Assembly: GCA_963846425.1 (NCBI GenBank)
Contig: CAWJVW010000005.1
Span: 2,647,350 to 2,711,349, forward strand
Origin: an uncultured Acidobacteriota bacterium
GTDB taxonomy: Bacteria > Acidobacteriota > Vicinamibacteria > Vicinamibacterales > UBA2999
Direction: 5' to 3'
DNA: 64,000 nucleotides
This document shows, one piece after another, positions 26,222-34,718 of this stretch. The position numbers and the translations under genes were made by a program. The notes under the pieces are model-generated. The model was not told the DNA's origin. It saw only the letters and a list, made by a program, of their open reading frames with translations, and made no database searches. Every line of letters begins with the position of its first letter. The first letter of the stretch is position 1.

Positions 26222-27289
26222 GTGGGCATCACAGATTTCTTCAAGGGCGAACTGCTCGAAATCATCGACTGGACCGACGACTCCAGGGACACGCTCTCGT
26301 ACCGTTTTCCGGACGAGGACAAGGCGATCAAGAACGGCGCACAGCTCATCGTCCGAGAGTCGCAGGTCGCCCAGTTCGTGTACCTCGGCGAGTTTGGCGA
26401 TACCTTCAAGCCTGGTAAGCACTCGCTGACCACCGACAACATCCCGATCCTGACCAGGCTGAAGTCGTGGAAGTTCGGCTTCAACTCTCCCTTCAAGGCG
26501 GACGTCTACTTCGTCGTCACGCGCTTGTTCACCGGCAACAAGTGGGGCACATCCAACCCGGTCATGCTCCGCGACAACGACTTCGGCGTCGTGCGGGTGC
26601 GGGCGTTTGGGACCTACGACTTCAAGATTGTGGAGCCGCAGACGTTTCTCCGCGAGGTCGCGGGCTCCGATCACAACTTCAGGCTCGACGAGTTCAGCGA
26701 CACCATGCGCTCGCGCATTGTCAGCATCTTCACCGACGCCGTGGCGTCTGCGAAAATCCCCGTGCTGGACGTCGCCGCGCGGTATACCGAGCTGGGCGAG
26801 GCGCTGCTGCCGTTGATCAATCCCGCGGTCACCTCGAAGTACGGTCTCGCGATCACGAGCTTCATCGTCGAAAACGTGTCGGTGCCCCCGGAGGTTGAGC
26901 AGGCGATCGACAAGCGATCCAGCATGGCCGCGATTGGCAATCTCAACGACTACGTCAAGTATCAGATGGGGAAGGGATTCGAAAGCGGTGGTGGCGCGGG
27001 CGCTGCAGGGACGGCTGCGGAACTGGCCGTTGGTTTCGGTCTGGCGAAAGAGATGATGCAGCAGGGATTCGCCGGCGGACAGGCGACGCCAACCATTGCG
27101 GTCGGCGGCGGCGCCTCCGCCGGCAGCAGTCTCCCCGAACTCATGAGCCCCGCAGAAGCTGCGCAGGCGCTTGGCGTTGCTGAAGCGGACGTGATGGCCG
27201 TCCTCGAAACGGGCGAACTCAAGGGCAAGAAGATCGGATCGACCTGGCGCATCCCGCGCGCGGCCTTGACCAGTTACATGACGCAATAA
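26222..27289 (+). CDS. SPFH/band-7 domain protein (YdjI/COG4260-like) fused to C-terminal excisionase-type HTH
   Basis: GTG start preceded by TAGGAG. The N-terminal ~250 aa read MGITDFFKGELLEIIDWTDD...FIVENVSVPPEVEQAIDKRSSM. A Gly/Ala linker follows. The C-terminus MSPAEAAQALGVAEADVMAVLETGELKGKKIGSTWRIPRAALTSYM fits the HTH_17/excisionase pattern. Confidence 0.75.
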   Translation: MGITDFFKGELLEIIDWTDDSRDTLSYRFPDEDKAIKNGAQLIVRESQVAQFVYLGEFGDTFKPGKHSLTTDNIPILTRLKSWKFGFNSPFKADVYFVVTRLFTGNKWGTSNPVMLRDNDFGVVRVRAFGTYDFKIVEPQTFLREVAGSDHNFRLDEFSDTMRSRIVSIFTDAVASAKIPVLDVAARYTELGEALLPLINPAVTSKYGLAITSFIVENVSVPPEVEQAIDKRSSMAAIGNLNDYVKYQMGKGFESGGGAGAAGTAAELAVGFGLAKEMMQQGFAGGQATPTIAVGGGASAGSSLPELMSPAEAAQALGVAEADVMAVLETGELKGKKIGSTWRIPRAALTSYMTQ

Positions 27290-27323
27290 GACGCGCGCGG
27301 CGTCTACAAGCGATCGGATCGCC

Positions 27324-29999
27324 ATGTCGTCCGAGATCCCTGCACTCGACAAGCATGCGTGCCCGGCGTGCGGCGCGCAGGCCGAGTGGCATCCCACCAG
27401 GCAGAAGCTCGTCTGCGCGTTCTGCGGAACGGAGTCGCCGTACCAGTTCGATCGCGAGACGGGAAAGGTGCGTGAGATCGATCTCGTCACCACATTGCGC
27501 GAGCTCCCCGAGGAGGAGCGGGGCTGGCAAACCGCACGACGCAGCGTGCAGTGTCAAAGCTGCAAGGCGGTCATGGTTTTCGACCCCGAGCGCGTGGGAC
27601 AGAATTGCGAATTCTGTGGATCGCCCTCCCTGGTCAGCTACGACGAGATCAAGGCGCCTATCAGACCCACGGGCGTCCTGCCATTCAAGATCGACAAGCC
27701 GCGCGTGCGCGACGACATTCGCCGCTGGTGGCGCAGCAAATGGCTGGCGCCTAGCCGGCTTTCGAAAGCCGCGCTGGTCGATACCGTGCACAGCCTCTAC
27801 ATTCCGTATTGGACCTTCGATGCCCAGGTCCACTGTCCCTGGGAGGCGGAAGCCGGCTATCACTACTATGTCAACGTCGAAGGCCGCGACAGCAAAGGCA
27901 ACAAGGTCGTGCGTCGAGAGCAGCGCACGCGCTGGGAGGCCGCGTCAGGCGTTGTTGATCATTTTTTCGATGACGAGCCTGTGCCCGGTACGCAGGGGCT
28001 GCCCATCGGGCTGTTGCGGCAGGTCGAGCCATTTCCGACTCCAGAGGTCGTTCCCTACGACACGGCGTTTCTCTCGGGACATGTGGTCGAGCACTACAAG
28101 GTCGTTCTGATGGAGGCGGCGAAGTTGTCGCAGGAGCAAATGTACGCCGCACTTGAAGAACTCTGTGCGAGGCAGATCCCTGGTGACACGTATCGCAACT
28201 TGCGTATTCACCCCGACTATTCCGGCCGCACCTTCAAACACGTTCTCGTGCCGGTCTGGCTGCTGTCCTACAACTACGGCGCTCGGGCGTTTCAGGTAAT
28301 CGTCAACGGTTACACCGGCAAGATCGCGGGCAAGTACCCGTACAGCGTGTGGAAGATCCTGTTTCTCGTGGCCCTGGCTCTCATCGCCCTGGTGACGTTC
28401 CTGACAGTGGCGTCGGAGGCCCAGTCCCCGCCGGCGCCCGTATTGCGACCGCCGACCCGAGCCGACATCCTCCGCGGTGAATACGGACGGCATCGCGCCA
28501 ACAACGATCTGCTCTTCTACAACCTTTCTGTCCGCGTCGATCCCGAGAAGAAACTGATCTCGGGCCGAAACATCATTCGCTTCCGGATGTTGAACGATGA
28601 CGCCCGCATCCAATTGGACCTTTACGAGAATCTGCGCGTCGACGACATTCGTCTTGCTGACAAAACTGTGAAATACGCCCGTGAGCTCAACGCGGTCTTC
28701 ATCGAGTTTCCCGAGACCCTGCGTGCCGGCCGTGAGTATGCCGTCGAGGTGCGCTACTCCGGCACGCCGATGGAGACAGGCAGATTCGGCGGCTTCAGCT
28801 TCGGCAAGGATCCCTCCGGTAAGCCTTGGATCACGACTGCCAACGAGGGGCAGGGCGCCAGCCTCTGGTGGCCCAACAAAGATCAGTGGCGCGATGAGCC
28901 CGAGAGAATGGAGCTCAGCGTCGCGATCCCGAACGACCTCGTGAACGTGTCCAACGGGAAGTTTCTGGGAAAGACCGACGTCGGAGACGGCTACACGCGC
29001 TGGGACTGGCGCGTCCACTATCCGATCAACTCGTACAACGTCTCGCTGAATATCGGCAACTACGTGCATTTCGGCGACACGTATGGCGACCTTTCGCTCG
29101 ACTACTTCGTGTTGCCCGACAGCCTGGAAAAGGCAAAGACGCAATTCGCGCAAGCCAAGCCCATGCTCGAGGTATTTGAGAAGATCTTTGGCGAGTATCC
29201 CTTCAAGAAGGACGGCTATAAGCTGATCGAAGTGCCCTACTCCGGGATGGAACATCAGAGTGCCGTGACCTACGGCAATCGTTTTGCCAACGGTTATCTC
29301 GAACGCGACTGGACGGGCGTCGGCGTCAGCCTGAAGTTCGATTTCATCATCATTCACGAGAGTGCGCACGAGTGGTTTGGCAATGCCGTGTCGGCCGCGG
29401 ACATCTCCGACATGTGGATTCAGGAAGGCTGGGCGACGTACCTCGAGAGCCTGTACGTCGAGCGTGTCTTTGGGTACGAGGATGCGCTGAAGTATGTGAA
29501 CGGCTACAAGGCAAAGGTTCAGAATCGCACGCCGATCATCACCCAGCGCGGCATTCACCGATCACCGCAGCAGGACCAATACTTCAAGGGCGCTCTCTTC
29601 ATTCATACGCTGCGCAGCGTGGTGAATGACGACGAGCGGTGGTGGAAGCTGTTAAGAGACCTGTATCAGCAGTTCAGATACAAGAACGTCGTGACCGAGG
29701 ATATAGTCGCGTTCTTCAATCGGCAACTCGGGCAGGACCTGACGTCAGTTTTCGACCAGTACCTCCGCCGCGCCGAGATCCCGACGCTCGAGCTCGCCTT
29801 TGATGTCAAGGAAGGCACCGTGGCGTATCGCTGGAAAGCCGGGGAACCGAGGTTCGCCATGCCGATTCGGGTCGGCACACCAGACAACTGGCAGATAATC
29901 CACCCGACGACGGATTGGAAGACCATGACGACCTCGCTCCAGAAAGAGGTCTTCGAGGTCGCAACAGACCTTTACTACGTAGACGTAGTCAAGCAGTAG
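27324..29999 (+). CDS. double zinc-ribbon (YdjG-like) cytoplasmic domain + TM helix + M1-family metallopeptidase
   Basis: The ribbons are CPACG...CAFCG and CQSC...CEFCG, with YIPYWTF and VPVWLLSYNY. The TM helix is VWKILFLVALALIALVTFLTVA. M1 motifs are SGMEHQ (a GxMEN variant) and HESAHEWFGN followed by the E of WIQEGWATY (HExxH-x18-E). Confidence 0.8.
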   Translation: MSSEIPALDKHACPACGAQAEWHPTRQKLVCAFCGTESPYQFDRETGKVREIDLVTTLRELPEEERGWQTARRSVQCQSCKAVMVFDPERVGQNCEFCGSPSLVSYDEIKAPIRPTGVLPFKIDKPRVRDDIRRWWRSKWLAPSRLSKAALVDTVHSLYIPYWTFDAQVHCPWEAEAGYHYYVNVEGRDSKGNKVVRREQRTRWEAASGVVDHFFDDEPVPGTQGLPIGLLRQVEPFPTPEVVPYDTAFLSGHVVEHYKVVLMEAAKLSQEQMYAALEELCARQIPGDTYRNLRIHPDYSGRTFKHVLVPVWLLSYNYGARAFQVIVNGYTGKIAGKYPYSVWKILFLVALALIALVTFLTVASEAQSPPAPVLRPPTRADILRGEYGRHRANNDLLFYNLSVRVDPEKKLISGRNIIRFRMLNDDARIQLDLYENLRVDDIRLADKTVKYARELNAVFIEFPETLRAGREYAVEVRYSGTPMETGRFGGFSFGKDPSGKPWITTANEGQGASLWWPNKDQWRDEPERMELSVAIPNDLVNVSNGKFLGKTDVGDGYTRWDWRVHYPINSYNVSLNIGNYVHFGDTYGDLSLDYFVLPDSLEKAKTQFAQAKPMLEVFEKIFGEYPFKKDGYKLIEVPYSGMEHQSAVTYGNRFANGYLERDWTGVGVSLKFDFIIIHESAHEWFGNAVSAADISDMWIQEGWATYLESLYVERVFGYEDALKYVNGYKAKVQNRTPIITQRGIHRSPQQDQYFKGALFIHTLRSVVNDDERWWKLLRDLYQQFRYKNVVTEDIVAFFNRQLGQDLTSVFDQYLRRAEIPTLELAFDVKEGTVAYRWKAGEPRFAMPIRVGTPDNWQIIHPTTDWKTMTTSLQKEVFEVATDLYYVDVVKQ

Positions 30000-30000
30000 T

Positions 30001-30105
30001 AAAAGGCAAAAGGCAACAGGCAAAAGGCAAAAGGCAAAAGGCACAAGGCAAAAGGCACAAGGCAAAAGGCACAAGGCACAAGGCACAAGGCACAAGACAC
30101 AAGTC
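30001..30105. repeat. 15-unit heptamer array (A[A/C]AAGGC)n
   Basis: The array starts 2 nt after the TAG stop of the M1 gene. Units read aaaaggc x2, aacaggc, aaaaggc x3, acaaggc, aaaaggc, acaaggc, aaaaggc, acaaggc x3, acaagac, acaagtc. I counted it base by base. Confidence 0.95.
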
Positions 30106-30155
30106 AATAGTGAGAAGGCAGAGGAACGACACGCGGTTTGGAGAGGAGGCCGGTC

Positions 30156-30476
30156 ATGCCGAAGTTCATGGTGAAAGCGTCGTATAACACCGAAGGCGTC
30201 AAGGGGCTCATCAAAGAGGGTGGATCGGGGCGGCGCGCGGCCGTCCAGAAGTTGATCGAAGGCATGGGAGGCAAAGTCGAATCGTTTTACTTCGCCTATG
30301 GCGCCGATGACGCCATTGTCATTGCAGACCTGCCCGATGCGGCCGCCGGCCTTGCCGTGAGCCTCGCCGTCAATGCGTCAGGCGCCGTTCGCGTGACCAC
30401 CGTGCCGCTCATCACTCCTGAAGAAATGGACGCCGCATCCAAGAAGTCTGTCGCGTATCGCCCGCCGGGCTCGTAG
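30156..30476 (+). CDS. GYD-domain protein
   Basis: MPKFMVKASYNTEGVKGLIKEGGSGRRAAVQKLIEGMGGKVESFYFAYGADD. The RBS GGAGAGGAGG is upstream of ATG 30156. Confidence 0.8.
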   Translation: MPKFMVKASYNTEGVKGLIKEGGSGRRAAVQKLIEGMGGKVESFYFAYGADDAIVIADLPDAAAGLAVSLAVNASGAVRVTTVPLITPEEMDAASKKSVAYRPPGS

Positions 30477-30553
30477 CCCCACTGGGCGGTCGGTGTGGTG
30501 AACGTTGAGCCAGCAACAACCAGGCCCCAAGTCACTCCATCGCACAGAAACGG

Positions 30554-30620
30554 GCCACGGAGACATAGAGACACAGAGAAAAGATAGGAGGTTTTCTCCG
30601 TGACACTGTGCCTCTGTGGC
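30554..30620. repeat. imperfect hairpin built from inverted octamer repeats (CAYRGAGA)
   Basis: Left arm is gccacggagacatagagacacagagaaaag and right arm is ttttctccgtgacactgtgcctctgtggc. There are 3 octamers per arm, and several of the arm differences are transitions. Related to 57403-57451. Confidence 0.7.
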
Positions 30621-30724
30621 TTGTACGCGACCCGTCTTTGTGTCGGCCGGTAGCGAAGTTACTCGATTGAGACTCATTGACCGCTTCCCCAGCACAGTCT
30701 TACCATCTATGAGTTGAGGTACCG

Positions 30725-32086
30725 ATGACCAAGACGACAAAGCGGTCTTTCGCGGTGTGCTGCGCGGTTCTCATGGGTTCGCTTGTGCTGACCGTCGGCC
30801 AGGCTGCCGCACAGGGTTCGCGAGCGAACACCGCAAAGCCCACGGTGACTTACAGCAAAGACGTCGCCCCCGTGCTCTACAAGCACTGCACCACGTGCCA
30901 TCGGCCTGGAGAGATCGCGCCGATGTCGCTCCTCACGTACGAGGACGCCAGGCCGTGGGCTCGCGCGATTCGGGACAACGTCGTCAAGGGAACGATGCCG
31001 CCGTGGCACGCGGATCCAGCCCACGGCACGTGGGCCAACGATCGACGGCTGAACGAACAGGAGAAAGACCTGATCGCACGCTGGGTGGATGCCGGCGCGC
31101 CACAGGGCAATCCGGAAGATCTGCCGCCCAAGCCGGTGTATGCCGAAGGCTGGTCGTTCGGGCAGCCGGACGCAGTACTTAGCATGGCTGCGGCGTACGA
31201 CGTGCCGGCGCAAGGCGAGATCCCGTACCAGTACTTCGAGGTGCCCACGAACTTCACCGAAGACAAATGGGTGCAGGCGTTCGAGATCCGGCCCGGCGCG
31301 CGATCGGTCGTCCATCACGTGCTCGTCTACGCGCGACCGCCGCAGCTCACGCGGCGCCCGCCCGTGTTCCGTCCGCAGAATCCGCCGGGACCGCTGTCGC
31401 CAACACAGGAACGAGAAATCGCCGAAGCGAAGAAGAATCCGCAGCAAGAGAACCCTGCGACGCGTCGTGGTCCACTGATTGCTCAAATCGCGCCCGGGGT
31501 GAGTTTCGCAGTGTACCCGGCTGGCACGGCGATGCTGGTGCCGGCCGGTTCAGTCTTGACGTTCCAAGTCCACTACACGACCAGCGGCAAGCCGGCCTCC
31601 GATCGGACGAGCATCGGGTTCCAGTTTGCCAAGCAGCCGCCCACAACGGAGGTTCGCGCGGGAGCCATGATCAATCCGCGCTTCATGATTCCTGCCGGCG
31701 CCGCGAAACATCCGGTGGAATCCGCCATGGAGTTCCTCGAGGATGTCACGCTCTACAGTCTCGGCCCGCACACTCACTTGCGCGGCCGGAGTTGGGAATA
31801 CCGAATCACGTATCCCGATGGTCGCAGCGAGGTCCTGCTGGCAGTGCCCAACTACGACTTCAACTGGCAGACCGGCTACGTCTTTGCCACTCCGCTGCGG
31901 GTCCCGAAAGGGGCCGTGTTGAAGGCGGTGGCGCACTACGACAACTCGAAGGAAAACCCGTCGAATCCTGACGCCACGCAGAACGTCTATTGGGGCGACC
32001 AGACGTGGGAAGAGATGCAATACACGGGTCTCCTCTACAGCGTGGACAAGGAACGCGTCACGACGAGCACGCCGGGGAAGCAATAG
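30725..32086 (+). CDS. secreted cytochrome c domain + copper monooxygenase (PHM/DBH-like) domain protein
   Basis: Has a signal peptide and the heme motif CTTCH in VAPVLYKHCTTCHRPGEIAP. Later His clusters are VVHHVLVY and GPHTHLRG, followed by EEMQY, as in peptidylglycine-monooxygenase-like Cu sites. The assignment is from memory. Confidence 0.6.
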   Translation: MTKTTKRSFAVCCAVLMGSLVLTVGQAAAQGSRANTAKPTVTYSKDVAPVLYKHCTTCHRPGEIAPMSLLTYEDARPWARAIRDNVVKGTMPPWHADPAHGTWANDRRLNEQEKDLIARWVDAGAPQGNPEDLPPKPVYAEGWSFGQPDAVLSMAAAYDVPAQGEIPYQYFEVPTNFTEDKWVQAFEIRPGARSVVHHVLVYARPPQLTRRPPVFRPQNPPGPLSPTQEREIAEAKKNPQQENPATRRGPLIAQIAPGVSFAVYPAGTAMLVPAGSVLTFQVHYTTSGKPASDRTSIGFQFAKQPPTTEVRAGAMINPRFMIPAGAAKHPVESAMEFLEDVTLYSLGPHTHLRGRSWEYRITYPDGRSEVLLAVPNYDFNWQTGYVFATPLRVPKGAVLKAVAHYDNSKENPSNPDATQNVYWGDQTWEEMQYTGLLYSVDKERVTTSTPGKQ

Positions 32087-32111
32087 CCCCTCGAACTTGA
32101 CCGCCCAGAAT

Positions 32112-32142
32112 CACGGCGCCGTCCTCCACGGGGGGCGCCGTG
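32112..32142 (+). terminator. GC-rich hairpin downstream of 30725..32086
   Basis: cacggcgcc (32112-20) pairs with ggcgccgtg (32134-42) to give a 9-bp stem. The loop is 13 nt and there is no U-tract. Confidence 0.35.
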
Positions 32143-32292
32143 CTCACAAATCCGGATCTCGCCAGTAGGCCGGGCGGATACAGCGCGGAGTTTACACACC
32201 GCTCTGTTGGCACCGATGTTGCCCCAAGCGTCGTCAGCAGGCTCGCCAGTCTGCTGCTTCCCAACATGACCTCTGCACTCTGGAGGTGCTCG

Positions 32293-32880
32293 ATGGTTTT
32301 CAATACACGTGTCTTTGGAACATGGGTCGGCGTCACCCTGCTCTTCCTCTCCGCTGCGGTGGTCTCGGCCGCCGCTCCCAGCCGGGACGACGCGCTCTCT
32401 CGCGTCAGCATCAGCAATTTCGCAATGGTCGATGCCGATTACTATCGGGGCGCTCAACCGAAAGGTGACGACTATGCGGACCTGGCCGCGCTCGGGATCA
32501 AGACGGTGATCGATCTCACGAAGGATGGCGAATCCGGCGAACAGCGGGCGGTGGAAGCCCAGGGCATGAACTTTCATCGCATTCCGATGACCACGCACTC
32601 ACGGCCCGATGAGGGGGCGGTGAGGCGCTTCCTCGCTCTCGTGAATGACCCGGCGAATCAACCGGTCTACGTGCACTGCCAGGGCGGGCGACATCGGACG
32701 GGCGCAATGACGGCGGTTTACCGCATGACCGAGCAGGGTTGGACGGCGGACCGTGCCTACGCCGAGATGAAGCGGCACGAATTCGACAAGGGATACTTTC
32801 ACGAAGATCTCAAACAATTCGTGTACGACTACTTCGGAAACCTGGGTCGTTCCCGGGCAGCGGCGGCAGCTGGACAATAG
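32293..32880 (+). CDS. secreted tyrosine/dual-specificity phosphatase-family protein
   Basis: Start moved to ATG 32293 (GGAGG upstream; MVFNTRVFGTWVGVTLLFLSAAVVSAAA). The active site is VHCQGGRHRTGAM. Confidence 0.75.
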   Translation: MVFNTRVFGTWVGVTLLFLSAAVVSAAAPSRDDALSRVSISNFAMVDADYYRGAQPKGDDYADLAALGIKTVIDLTKDGESGEQRAVEAQGMNFHRIPMTTHSRPDEGAVRRFLALVNDPANQPVYVHCQGGRHRTGAMTAVYRMTEQGWTADRAYAEMKRHEFDKGYFHEDLKQFVYDYFGNLGRSRAAAAAGQ

Positions 32881-32964
32881 CCAGATAAAGTCATGATCGC
32901 GAAAGGGGCGACGCGTTCTGTTGCCTCCTTTCGACGAATCCGGCGATAGGATAGCGGTCACGCT

Positions 32965-34629
32965 ATGCACCTGCGACTGCTGTCCCCCCTTTGCTTCGCG
33001 GTCCTCAGTGCGGTCATCGGTCTCGGAGCGTCCACGGCCCTTGTCGAACAATCTGCGGCCGATGTCGAGACGAAGGTCGATCGCGTTTTCGAGAAGTGGT
33101 CGATATCCACTCCCGGCTGCGCGGTAGGCGTCAGCGTCGGTGGTCAGCCCGCGCTGACCAAGGCGTATGGGATGGCCGATCTCGAGCACGCCGTCATGAA
33201 CCGAGCCGACACGATTTTCGAAGCCGGTTCGGTTTCAAAACAGTTCACGGCAGCGGCTATTCTCCTCCTCGCGCGCGACGGGAAACTGTCACTGGATGAT
33301 CCCGCCCGCAAGTACATCCCAGAGCTCCCAGACTATGGAGTACCGCTGACGATTCGCCACATGCTGAATCACACCAGCGGCCTTCGCGACTGGGGCAGTG
33401 TGGCGGCAATCGGAGGATGGCCTCGCGGCTCGCGAGCCTATACTCACGCTCACGTACTCGACATCGTCAGCCGTCAGCGCGCGCTGAACTTCCCGCCGGG
33501 GTCCAGATATTCGTACAGCAACACTGGCTACAATCTCGCCGCGATCATCGTGTCGCGTGTGAGTGGAATGTCGTTTGCCGACTTCACGCGTCAACGCATC
33601 TTCGAGCCCCTCGGCATGACGCGCACATCATGGCGCGACGACCATGGGCGAATTGTCAAAGGCCGCGCCATCGCGTACTCCGTTGACGGCGACGGCTATC
33701 GAACCGAGATGCCATTCGAGAACGTCCATGGCAATGGCGGACTGCTGACAACTGTCGGCGATCTGCTGAAATGGAACGAGAATTTTGTGCTGCCCAAAGT
33801 GGGTGACCGCGCGCTGGTCAGCGAGCAGGAACAGGCCGGTCGATTCACGGACGGCCGCGTGCATGGATACGCGTTGGGTCTCCAAGTCGGTCAATACAAG
33901 GGTCTTCGCGAAGTCTCGCACAGTGGCTCCACAGCAGGATATCGCGCGCAGCTCAGTCGATACCCTGACTCGCACGTTTCACTCGCCGTGCTTTGCAACG
34001 CGAGTGACGGCGACGCCACCGAGTCCGCCAACGCGGTTGCTGATGTGTACCTGGCCAGTCGGCTGAAACCAACGGTTCTGACCGCCAAACATGTCCTGAC
34101 GCCCGAGGAGACCCAGGCAGCGGTTGGTGTGTATCTCAATACGGTGACCAATGCGCCGGTGACGATGACTGGCGCCGCGCCAGGTGTCCGGATGGGGCGC
34201 GACCGCTCGTTTGCCGCCATGTCGCCCTCACGCTTCATGACGGCGGAAGGTGATGTCTTCGAGCTGGCGCCTGAACCAGGGGCCGCTCGTCTAATCGATT
34301 CGTTCGGAAGCGTTGAGCCACTCGCACGGATCACTGCACCGACTCTGAGCCCAGATCAGTTGCGCGAATTCACCGGCACCTACGCCAGCGACGAGGCTGA
34401 GATTTCGCTGCAAGCGGCAGTTGACGCCGGCACCCTAGTGTTGAAGACCCGCCCGGACAGGATCATCAGGCTGACACCGATTCACCAGGACGCGTTCACC
34501 AGTGAGCTGGGCACGGTGATTTTCAGGCGCGAGGGCGCGAGCGTCACCTCGTTCAGTGTTTCCCAGAGCCGCGTGTGGGATTTGCGGTTTACCAAACAAC
34601 CGGAGGTCACGAAATCATCGATGCCGTAA
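32965..34629 (+). CDS. serine hydrolase, class C beta-lactamase-like family
   Basis: Signal peptide present; SxxK in FEAGSVSKQF, YSNTGY and HSGSTAGY. Confidence 0.8.
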   Translation: MHLRLLSPLCFAVLSAVIGLGASTALVEQSAADVETKVDRVFEKWSISTPGCAVGVSVGGQPALTKAYGMADLEHAVMNRADTIFEAGSVSKQFTAAAILLLARDGKLSLDDPARKYIPELPDYGVPLTIRHMLNHTSGLRDWGSVAAIGGWPRGSRAYTHAHVLDIVSRQRALNFPPGSRYSYSNTGYNLAAIIVSRVSGMSFADFTRQRIFEPLGMTRTSWRDDHGRIVKGRAIAYSVDGDGYRTEMPFENVHGNGGLLTTVGDLLKWNENFVLPKVGDRALVSEQEQAGRFTDGRVHGYALGLQVGQYKGLREVSHSGSTAGYRAQLSRYPDSHVSLAVLCNASDGDATESANAVADVYLASRLKPTVLTAKHVLTPEETQAAVGVYLNTVTNAPVTMTGAAPGVRMGRDRSFAAMSPSRFMTAEGDVFELAPEPGAARLIDSFGSVEPLARITAPTLSPDQLREFTGTYASDEAEISLQAAVDAGTLVLKTRPDRIIRLTPIHQDAFTSELGTVIFRREGASVTSFSVSQSRVWDLRFTKQPEVTKSSMP

Positions 34630-34718
34630 GTGTAGACTCCACATTCACGAATAACGAAGTCAGATCTGCGCGCCGCTCAAGCGTGGTGCGCCAACGAGTC
34701 ATTGACAGGAGAAACAAC

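Noticed and set aside
27945-29558. Long antisense or alternative-frame ORFs: 27945..29558 (537 aa), 34974..36245 (423 aa), 55960..57162 (400 aa), 26204..27493 (429 aa), 8605..10089 (494 aa), 18366..19511, 3912..5087 and 40055..41020
   Set aside because: All are Arg/Pro/Gly-rich low-complexity translations typical of shadow ORFs in GC-rich DNA. Each fully overlaps a gene with clear family motifs on the other strand or frame.
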